From: a virus
Virus record (IMG/VR): IMGVR_UViG_3300031454_000255
Coordinates: 1,779 to 65,778 of that record
DNA length: 64,000 nt
Direction: 5' to 3' (one strand)
Positions 1-7,582 of this stretch are shown in pieces. The notes beneath the pieces were generated by a model, which ran no database searches, was not told the DNA's origin, and saw only the letters and a program-made list of their open reading frames with translations. Made by a program: the position numbers and the translations under genes. Every line of letters begins with the position of its first letter. Position 1 is the first letter of the stretch.

Positions 1-8
1 CTATTGTA

Positions 9-2423
9 TTAATAGCGACTCAAAACCGCGTCATATTTGGCTTTCGCCTCCGGTGATTTGCTTCTGAATCTTTTGCCGCGCAAAACCGGAACAAGCGCGG
101 CTTTTTCGTCTGCCGGTGCTTGCTCGAACGCTTCGATGGCTTTATCGGTATCAGTTGCGGTCGTGATTTGGAATTTCGCAGGCGATTGGACAATGCCCGC
201 AACAACCAATTTACGATTCTCAGTGGATAAATTCTTTATTTCGCTTTCGACTTTTTCGCCGCGTTTCCCTCGTTCAATTAAATCGGCGACGGTTTTTTTG
301 TCGGCTGCCGTTTTCTCTTTTTTATCGACTGCCATTTCCTTTTTGGCAATCATCGGAGCTAATTCCCGTTTTTCGTCGTCGCTTCCGGCTTCGGCGGCTT
401 TTTGCAAATCTTTGAGCGAAGACTTCGGCGTGATATGAGCGACCGGCACAGTCCCGCGAAGTCCGGGAATTCCGGTTTTTAAGTGTTCGACCAGAGTTTC
501 GGGTTTTCTCCTGCGCGGATTGCCGTCGCTGTCTTTGTCGGTCAGACCGGCAACCCATTGAACGCCCTGCGGAACAACGATTGATTTGGTCAACTCCCCG
601 ACGAATTGCCCGCGTTTCTTTTCGTCAAACAGTTTCTCGAAACTGAGCATTGTTTTGATAAACGGCACTTCTTCGGTCAAACCGAGTGCGCCCGCCCAAA
701 CGCCCGCGCTCAAACCCTGCGATTCTTCATCTTTCTTCTTTAGCCTGGAATCAGCCACGCGGCGAATGGTCGAACCAAGCTGCGCTACTTCCAAAAGCGG
801 GTTGTGAACCAGATACGAAGGAACATCGGCGCCGAATAGCCGCACGCCGCCGAATTTAACATCCGTTTCGTCGCGCTTATCGCCCGGCTGGTAAAATCCG
901 CCGAAACCATCAGGCAAGAAATAACCGAGCAGCAGAACGGCTGCGCCCAATAATCCTTTTTTCAAGTGCCGCAAAATCTGGTCGGCTTCTTCGGGCGATA
1001 AATTCTCAGTGCCTTTGGCAAATGCTCGACCGAGTTTGTATGAGCCGGTGACTGCGCCGGTTGCGTAAACAAAGGTTTCGCCGACGATGTTGGTCGGGAT
1101 TTTGACGACCGGCAAAAGGACGCGAGAGGTCGTTGCGGCGATTTTGCCGAGCAGTGGTGCTTCGCCCGTAATTTTGTCTTTTTCTTCCCAACCGCTAATC
1201 ATTTTCTGGTAAGCCGAAACGACGCGATTGTCCTGCATAAAAATTGAACGCAAGGCATCTTGATAGGCTTCGGTTGCCAGCCGCGTTTTGACCAATTCAT
1301 CGGTAATATCGACGCCGCCCGCCGCCGCCGCCGTCATTCGCTTTTGCAGGGAGCGAACAAACTCGCTGCGTTTGACCGGGGCTTTTAACGCGCCGTGCAG
1401 TTCTCCGGCGAAATTTATCCACGAACGCGCCTCCGGGTGCGCTTTGCCGTAAGCGGCATCTAAATCGGATTTTCCGGTTTTTAAGATTTTCCACGAATCA
1501 GCCATTCCCTGCACAAAACCGGCTGAAATGGCTTTTGCTTCGGCGGCGACGTTAAATCCGCCTTGACGCGGTGCGCGGCTTGCCACGCCCGGAATTGCTT
1601 TGCCGAGGATGCCGCCGATAATTTCTTCCATCGGCGCAATGCCAATCCTTTCGATTGCCGCCGCCGTCAATTTTGCCAGCGTAAGCGGCGAAGATAAGAC
1701 AAACGCCCGGCGAACTTCCAAAAATTTGTCAGTCGCTTTTTCTACTCTGGTGCGGTTTTTTAACCGGTCTTGGGCGACATTAACCTGAAATTCTTCTTTG
1801 GCGCGACTTAGTTTCGCTTTAATTTTTTCGCCTTTCGGGTCAATTTTCGGAGCCTGAGCTTCCGCCGGGTCAGCATCGAACTTTGCCGCTTCCGCGTAAT
1901 GTTCGCGGCGCACCGAAGCAACGGCTTTTTGTTCTTCGGTCGCCGACGGTTTGCCGGATTTTATTTGGTCAATCGCGGCGGCGTGAATTGCCGAAATCGT
2001 TTCATCCGACAATTTTCCGCCGGTCAACTGATTAAGTGTGTTTTTGAAATCGCCGACGCTCATTGTGCCTTTCGGCAAGTTTTCAAGCAAAGTCATCGTT
2101 GACCAATCAACAAGGTCGGAATCAATCGCGCCCGATTCGCCGCGTTTTAATATTCCAAAATCTTCGACACGCTTCATCGAAACATTGCCGAATTTTGCCC
2201 GGATATTCGCCAGCATATCGGCTTCGCGCAATTTCAGTTCGGCGAGAATTTGATTGTGCGGAGTATTTCTGATTGCCGCCGGTTTGTCGGCTTTGAGGCG
2301 GGCAAGCTGCTGCTGGACGTTGCGGAGTTTTCTGTCCCGCTCATTATTATAATCGTCAAATTCCTTTTGAGCGTCGCTGATTTGTTTGTGCAGCCGCCCA
2401 AAGCCGCCGCGCGTTCTCTCGTT
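9..2423 (-). CDS. C-terminal part of a large virion/DNA-ejection-type (large polyvalent-like) protein; frame open for 804 codons with no clear start, directly behind the TGA of the tail-tip gene
   Basis: The ORF track gives 9..2231 (TTG). I translated upstream and found no stop until the TGA at 2424-2426 (NERTRGGFGRLHKQISDAQKEFDDYNN...). The helical sequence with a hydrophobic stretch (KKGLLGAAVLLLGYFLP) resembles the C-termini of giant phage internal proteins (recognised by eye). Confidence 0.5.
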   Translation of the reverse strand, partial: NERTRGGFGRLHKQISDAQKEFDDYNNERDRKLRNVQQQLARLKADKPAAIRNTPHNQILAELKLREADMLANIRAKFGNVSMKRVEDFGILKRGESGAIDSDLVDWSTMTLLENLPKGTMSVGDFKNTLNQLTGGKLSDETISAIHAAAIDQIKSGKPSATEEQKAVASVRREHYAEAAKFDADPAEAQAPKIDPKGEKIKAKLSRAKEEFQVNVAQDRLKNRTRVEKATDKFLEVRRAFVLSSPLTLAKLTAAAIERIGIAPMEEIIGGILGKAIPGVASRAPRQGGFNVAAEAKAISAGFVQGMADSWKILKTGKSDLDAAYGKAHPEARSWINFAGELHGALKAPVKRSEFVRSLQKRMTAAAAGGVDITDELVKTRLATEAYQDALRSIFMQDNRVVSAYQKMISGWEEKDKITGEAPLLGKIAATTSRVLLPVVKIPTNIVGETFVYATGAVTGSYKLGRAFAKGTENLSPEEADQILRHLKKGLLGAAVLLLGYFLPDGFGGFYQPGDKRDETDVKFGGVRLFGADVPSYLVHNPLLEVAQLGSTIRRVADSRLKKKDEESQGLSAGVWAGALGLTEEVPFIKTMLSFEKLFDEKKRGQFVGELTKSIVVPQGVQWVAGLTDKDSDGNPRRRKPETLVEHLKTGIPGLRGTVPVAHITPKSSLKDLQKAAEAGSDDEKRELAPMIAKKEMAVDKKEKTAADKKTVADLIERGKRGEKVESEIKNLSTENRKLVVAGIVQSPAKFQITTATDTDKAIEAFEQAPADEKAALVPVLRGKRFRSKSPEAKAKYDAVLSRY

Positions 2424-5400
2424 TCAAACCGTTGACGACCCGCCGCCGTCAACTATAATCCTTTTGTTATTATGCACGGCAAACCCGCCCGCGAAATATG
2501 TGTGATTTTTAAGGACGTGCAGATTATAAACCTTCACCGCGCCTTTAATATAAACGCGCTCAATGAATTTTAATTCTTCAAGCCTATCGCCGTTTTTGAC
2601 GAAGACGCTTTGATTTTCTTGCAAATCTTGAAGCGCAACAAATTCATTTTTTGCCGTTAAAAACGGGTGTTCGCCCGTAACGCACAAAACCTGCCCGCCG
2701 GGGAAACGCGCCTCAAAGTATCCTTTCGACGCGTGTTCGAGCGTGGCGGCAACTGTGTCAATTTCAATATCAAAAGTTTGCGGGTTGAAACTGTAAATTA
2801 AATCACCGCTGCGTATTTTATCGAGTCTTAAAAGTCCGCCTTGTGTTTCGATTAAAGTATCACCGGTAAAACATTCGCCGCCGCCCGCCGTTGTGCCGCC
2901 CGTTGTGCCGCCCGTTGTGCCGCCGCCGCCGCCCGCCGGAGGTGTCGGGTCAACAGCTGTTCCGCCCGTGCCGTCCGCCGCCGCGAAAGTAATATCGATA
3001 ATATTTGACCACGCGCCGAATTCGACATTGTTCGATGAATGCGCGACGCGGACAAAGCGCGTCTCGCTGGTCGCTAAATTCGCCGTTCTCGATAAAGTGA
3101 CGACGGGCGTTAAAATCAGTCCGACTTCATTTTGCGCCGAATGGATAAATTCAGACGGGCTGACAAAAGTGTTCAATGCCGCCGTCTGCACTTTTCTAAA
3201 TTGCGCGCCCGTCCCGTAATTAGTCACGGACACATTAACGCTTCTGTTTGTTGCCGTGCCCGATTGGTATATAACCGGCGCGTTCTGTTCGGTATTCGTT
3301 CCGGCGTTGGTGACAACGGGGAGCGGCACGATTTTTTCCCTAATTTGATCGTCAGAAAATTTGCGGTGGTATTTACGCCCCGACATTCCGATTTGCGCAA
3401 AACCGTTTTGGTCGCGAATTCCTAAATCGGACAATCGAATCAGCGCGTTGACAAAACGCCCGGATTCTTCGGTCACGGCAATCACGTCGGCTTCCTCTAG
3501 CAATAGTGCTTCCCCGTCGCTGGAAAATCCTGTATAGGTGTCGGCGTCGCGCAATTCCGCCAGCCTCTGCTGCGCGATACGCATCATTTGATTATATGAA
3601 TCAATCGCCGCGCCGTTGATCGTCACGGGATTAACCTTTTTAACCTTTTTGATGTGCGCTTTGTCTTTGAGACGGCTTTTCGTCAATTTAAAATCCTGCG
3701 ACGCATCCCTCCAATCAATATCTATCGCGTTCGTCGTCGGCTGATCGCCGCCCAAATTAAACTCGAAACTACCGCTTAAAATATTCGACCCGCGCAAGTT
3801 TGCCGCCCTGGATGTTTTGTCGGCAAACGCCATCGCAACGTGCGTGATTTCCGCCGCCGTTTCGTTCAATGCGGGTTCATCGGGATCATCGTAAAGCGGC
3901 AATTTATCAATCGTAAAAGCCCCCCCGCGATTTTCTCTGACAAACCGCGTTCTGATGCCGTTCGCCTCAATCGAGCAATAAGTTCGCACAGAGATAATGC
4001 GCGCAGACAAGGTAATCGCGGCGACGCTGATGTTTTGATTGGCGGCGAGTGTGATAGCGGCAAGCGGTGACGTTAATGTTTCGCCTTCGACTGTGATGAA
4101 CGAACGGCAAACCTGATAAACGCCCGCCGCCAGAGTTCCGCCCGCCGCCGCCGTCAAAATCGGCGCGCTAGCCGGATTATCGATTGCGGTTTCGTGAATG
4201 TATTGGAGCGGCGTGTCGAGCGTCAAATATCCGGCGCGGCTCGAAACCAGAACGGTTGACGCGCCTGCCGTCCAAGCCGCTTTGACGCGCTTGTTTAAAT
4301 AGTTATGTGAATTTATCAAAGCGGCGAGCCAGCCCGCAACCGTCGCTGTCGTGTCGCCCCCGACCGGATTATAAACAAGCCGGTAATTGTCAATCGTGAC
4401 AGTTTTCGCGCCCGCCGCATTTGAGACTGTCAATGTCACCGACGGCGGCGCGGTATCGGTACCATTCGCTAAAGTCGCAGATGAGCTTGCCGCGCCGCCG
4501 CCTGCCGTAATTGTGACGCTCGAAGCTACATACCGAAACGCCGTCACCATTCGGACTTCGGACGTTCCTAAATTCGAGCCGACGACGATTCTTGTTCGAT
4601 TGCTGCGAAAAGGATTAATATTTTCAACAAAGATTTCAGACGCATTTGCCGCAGTTGCTGCTTTTATAAAAGTAAAGTCAGCCGGTTTCATTACTTTGAC
4701 GGCTATTTTACCGCTTGCCTTTTGCGTTAGATAGCCGTTAAAAGATGCGAAAATGACATCGTAAAGAAAATCGAAGGCTTTCGTCTGCTCATTGATTATC
4801 ACGTTCGTCGTGTAGCGTTTGCGGAAATAGACGGGCGGCGTTTGATAATCGGGCAAACCCGAACCGTTCAAATCGTCGCCGATAAGCGGCGGGTCGTCGT
4901 AAAAATTGTAATCGACCTCCTCCAAATACTCGCCGTTGTTAAACGCGCCCCCGGCGCGGTTCGTAAAATAGCGCGGATTGAGCCTTGCAGTCGATAAATA
5001 GTTGCGGTAAGCCGCGCCAGCCAGCCCGATTTGCGAGGCGTCGTATTGCACGACTTCGGAATTTGAATTGTCGGTCAAAACGTGGTCATTGTAATCAGCC
5101 GTCTCCAGAGTGTCATTGTCATCAAGCCACGCCGGGTCAAGATTGAAAACGTCCGGCGAATTTATAAACCACCGCGAGATAATCGCGCCGTTTGCCGACA
5201 TTTGGGAAAGCGTGAATAAGCCGGACGCATCCGGGCAGGGCATTTTAAGTCCTAAAATTACCCCGACAATCGAAGGCGCGGCGTCGTCGACGTCAATCAA
5301 AGTGCCGGTTGATTTACCCCGCACGTAAGCCGTCCGCGAATAAATACCCGACGCGATAAAAGCCGGGTCGTCGTTGATCTGGCTGCCCGTGCCGCCCAAT

Positions 5401-6056
5401 TGCCCTATTTTTGGCAAAACCGGCAAACCCGTAATATGCGACGTATAACTGCCGTCGGTAAAGTCGGTGAACGTAAAACCGGGCGTGACCGAACGCAAAT
5501 TCTCGATGCCCTCAATCTCGCCTTCGCACGCAATCGCTAAAAATTGAATCTCTAAGCCGGTGTCGGCGGAGGCGAAATTGGTCAACTCCATCTGCGCTCT
5601 GCCGAACACATACGGCAGATACTTGCTGGCATTGGCGTCCGAGTGCGAAGACCACTGCAAAGTCTGTTTGACCGGTTTCTTGAGTCCGAGAAGCCCCAAA
5701 ATCCCACCGCGTTTTACTTTACTTTTAAATTCAAAAGCACCGTTTCGCGCTTCATAACGAAAGCCTTCATACAGCGGGTCTGAAGGCACCCTGCCCGTGA
5801 TGTCGTCGGGAGAGAATGTCCGGCGCGGCAAATTAACTTCCACTTGGTCAAGAATCTGTTTAACGCCGATTGTCACGGTCTCGCTCGACTTTTTGAACGT
5901 GTTCGGTTTTTGGCAGCGACCTGTAAACTCGACAATCGTGTCTTCTAAGTTGACGGACACGCCTCTGTCAAGAATTCTAATCACGCAAATCAAGCCCTCA
6001 AAGCCTAAAACTCTTTCTATATCCGCAACCCTGATTTTTACTTTTGTTGTCGCCAT
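2424..6056 (-). CDS. Tail-tip/host-specificity (lambda J-like) protein with C-terminal Hint domain
   Basis: About 1210 aa, last gene of the tail operon. Putative tail-protein segment (FEFNLGGDQPTTNAIDIDWRDASQDF...ALLLEEADVIAVT), Gly/Thr linker, then a Hint domain. The ATG at 6056 is preferred because the track's 6098 start lies inside the leader hairpin. Confidence 0.8.
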   Translation of the reverse strand: MATTKVKIRVADIERVLGFEGLICVIRILDRGVSVNLEDTIVEFTGRCQKPNTFKKSSETVTIGVKQILDQVEVNLPRRTFSPDDITGRVPSDPLYEGFRYEARNGAFEFKSKVKRGGILGLLGLKKPVKQTLQWSSHSDANASKYLPYVFGRAQMELTNFASADTGLEIQFLAIACEGEIEGIENLRSVTPGFTFTDFTDGSYTSHITGLPVLPKIGQLGGTGSQINDDPAFIASGIYSRTAYVRGKSTGTLIDVDDAAPSIVGVILGLKMPCPDASGLFTLSQMSANGAIISRWFINSPDVFNLDPAWLDDNDTLETADYNDHVLTDNSNSEVVQYDASQIGLAGAAYRNYLSTARLNPRYFTNRAGGAFNNGEYLEEVDYNFYDDPPLIGDDLNGSGLPDYQTPPVYFRKRYTTNVIINEQTKAFDFLYDVIFASFNGYLTQKASGKIAVKVMKPADFTFIKAATAANASEIFVENINPFRSNRTRIVVGSNLGTSEVRMVTAFRYVASSVTITAGGGAASSSATLANGTDTAPPSVTLTVSNAAGAKTVTIDNYRLVYNPVGGDTTATVAGWLAALINSHNYLNKRVKAAWTAGASTVLVSSRAGYLTLDTPLQYIHETAIDNPASAPILTAAAGGTLAAGVYQVCRSFITVEGETLTSPLAAITLAANQNISVAAITLSARIISVRTYCSIEANGIRTRFVRENRGGAFTIDKLPLYDDPDEPALNETAAEITHVAMAFADKTSRAANLRGSNILSGSFEFNLGGDQPTTNAIDIDWRDASQDFKLTKSRLKDKAHIKKVKKVNPVTINGAAIDSYNQMMRIAQQRLAELRDADTYTGFSSDGEALLLEEADVIAVTEESGRFVNALIRLSDLGIRDQNGFAQIGMSGRKYHRKFSDDQIREKIVPLPVVTNAGTNTEQNAPVIYQSGTATNRSVNVSVTNYGTGAQFRKVQTAALNTFVSPSEFIHSAQNEVGLILTPVVTLSRTANLATSETRFVRVAHSSNNVEFGAWSNIIDITFAAADGTGGTAVDPTPPAGGGGGTTGGTTGGTTAGGGECFTGDTLIETQGGLLRLDKIRSGDLIYSFNPQTFDIEIDTVAATLEHASKGYFEARFPGGQVLCVTGEHPFLTAKNEFVALQDLQENQSVFVKNGDRLEELKFIERVYIKGAVKVYNLHVLKNHTYFAGGFAVHNNKRIIVDGGGSSTV
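2469..2873 (-). other. Hint (intein-like autoprocessing) domain
   Basis: Begins CFTGDTLI, has the block-B TGEHPF motif and ends VYNLHVLKNHTYFAGGFAVHN. Preceded by (GGTT)x3, encoded by a 12-bp tandem repeat near 2889-2922. Confidence 0.9.
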
Positions 6057-6205
6057 TTTAATTAAAATAGAAAAGCCCGCCGATAATTCAGCGGGCAAGA
6101 AGCGAAGCTAAATCTAACGGCGGGCGGGAAAGTCTTTAAGAAAAGAGTTTCGAGACCCTTATTCAGTTGTGGTTATTATAAACTAAATACCAATAAAAAC
6201 AAGGT
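6057..6205 (-). promoter_or_regulatory. Leader A: sigma70-like promoter, GGGTCT box, terminator-like hairpin
   Basis: TTGTTT-16-TATAAT, then GGGTCTCG, then hairpin GCCCGCTG-AATTAT-CGGCGGGC-TTTTCT just before the ATG at 6056. An upstream GCCCGCCG could pair with the same 3' arm. Confidence 0.65.
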
Positions 6206-6256
6206 TTATTTGAAAATTGGACTGTTACTTTAAGACTATATTTAGTAAAATATAGT

Positions 6257-7018
6257 ATGCTTTTAATTAAAAATTGCGAGACTTGTCACCAAGAGTTTTC
6301 TAGAAAAACAGGATACAGTTATAAATATTGGAACACGCAAAGATTCTGCTCTTCAAAATGCAGGTCTATTGCCATCGGTAAATTATTAAGCATAAAATTC
6401 AGTCAAAAAATAAATTTAGTCTGCCAATCCTGTCATATCTCTTTTTCAGTTTCACCCTGCCAATCGAAGCAAAAATATTGTTCGAGAAAATGCCAGCCGA
6501 GGTCGGTAAATGTTTTTGGGCATTGTCCGAATCGCGCAATAGTTTTTAGAACTTGCCCGAATTGCGAGAAAGTGTATAGCGGAAGTAATAATAGATATTG
6601 CTCAATACAATGCAAAAAGCAAGGAGTTAAAATTCAGAGAGCCGCAAAAGCAATGAAAGGCGAAGAACTTAAAATGGCAAAAAGAGTTTATGCCTCAAAC
6701 AGACGCTCAAAAATAATCGCAAACGGCGGCAGTTTTACAAAAGAGCAATGGAGATTAAAGTTAGAATATTTCGGCAATCGCTGCTATCTATGCAGTAAAA
6801 CCGTAACTGAAAAAACCGCCCATATCGAACATCGAATTCCTATCAGTAAAGGCGGCAAGTCTTGGGTTTCCAATCTTGCGCCCTCTTGCGCTAGCTGCAA
6901 TTTCAAAAAAAACCGTAAAACAGAAAAAGAATTTAGAGAGATTTACAATCTCAAATCCGCGCTAACTGTCGCTCGATTTCACCAACCCGTCGAAGCAATG
7001 CCCGCCGCTCATCAATAA
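6257..7018 (+). CDS. HNH endonuclease with N-terminal CxxC...FCSxxC zinc repeats
   Basis: C-terminal CYLC...HIEHRIPISKGGKSWVSNLAPSCASCNFKK; AT-rich and antisense to the tail operon. Confidence 0.85.
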   Translation: MLLIKNCETCHQEFSRKTGYSYKYWNTQRFCSSKCRSIAIGKLLSIKFSQKINLVCQSCHISFSVSPCQSKQKYCSRKCQPRSVNVFGHCPNRAIVFRTCPNCEKVYSGSNNRYCSIQCKKQGVKIQRAAKAMKGEELKMAKRVYASNRRSKIIANGGSFTKEQWRLKLEYFGNRCYLCSKTVTEKTAHIEHRIPISKGGKSWVSNLAPSCASCNFKKNRKTEKEFREIYNLKSALTVARFHQPVEAMPAAHQ

Positions 7019-7118
7019 GCCTTTGCTTTTTTGGTTTTTGGGAGTCAACAATTTTCCGCCTTAATAAACGCTTTTTCTCTTCGATAATAACTGGAGTGTT
7101 AGAATCTAAGTTATCCAC
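6951..7118 (-). CDS. Small basic protein, 55 aa (peptide family copy 1; not in ORF track)
   Basis: Manual translation from GTG: MDNLDSNTPVIIEEKKRLLRRKIVDSQKPKKQRLIDERRALLRRVGEIERQLARI. Start overlaps the stop of 7111..7572. Shares NLDSN and RR...EI.R.L with 35533..35730. Confidence 0.6.
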   Translation of the reverse strand: MDNLDSNTPVIIEEKKRLLRRKIVDSQKPKKQRLIDERRALLRRVGEIERQLARI

Positions 7119-7572
7119 CGTTCTTTAACCACCTTAATATCGCGCCATCTAAAGACTCTCCGTCTTCAATGTCAATTTCAAATGTCGAATTCGAGAGCGT
7201 GAAAGACGCGCCCGATAATTCTTTGCGATAGGTGCGCTTTATTTCCGACACATCCGTCATCAGCCGTTTGTAGGAACGCCCGCGAAACGTCACGCCGTCT
7301 GTTTTTGCGAATCCCATTAAAAAGTTGGGATTTTGAGGGCAAGGACAAAAACCCACAACGGAAGAATTTAAAACGCTAGCAGTTTCTGTAACTTGAGTTT
7401 GATTTTCTGTAACCGGAATTGCATTTTCTGTAACTATCACTTGCGCTGTTTGGCAAGCGCAAAGCGAAGGAAATGTGTCACTTTTGTACAATTCTACCAC
7501 CCACGATTGCCTTTTAGCAGTCGCGTTGCCAGAGGTGAGGACAGTGAGCAAATTGTCAGAAACGGTTTGCAT
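7111..7572 (-). CDS. Minor tail protein; probable N-terminal half of the split tail-tip gene
   Basis: MQTVSDNLL...GVTFRGRSYKRLMTDVSEIKR...ASFTLSN resembles the start of siphovirus tail-tip/hub proteins. The continuation (FEGLICVIRILDR) begins the 6056 ORF. Confidence 0.55.
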   Translation of the reverse strand: MQTVSDNLLTVLTSGNATAKRQSWVVELYKSDTFPSLCACQTAQVIVTENAIPVTENQTQVTETASVLNSSVVGFCPCPQNPNFLMGFAKTDGVTFRGRSYKRLMTDVSEIKRTYRKELSGASFTLSNSTFEIDIEDGESLDGAILRWLKNGG

Positions 7573-7582
7573 TGATTTTGAG

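Noticed and set aside
2234-2452. 72-aa ORF as a bridge or true start for the left-edge gene
   Set aside because: It is in a different frame from 9..2231, while that frame is itself open up to 2423.
6057-7110. Group I or group II intron in the tail-tip gene
   Set aside because: No recognisable intron core or splice boundaries by eye, the nuclease is antisense, and the downstream part has its own promoter and start. An Infernal search would be needed to exclude it fully.
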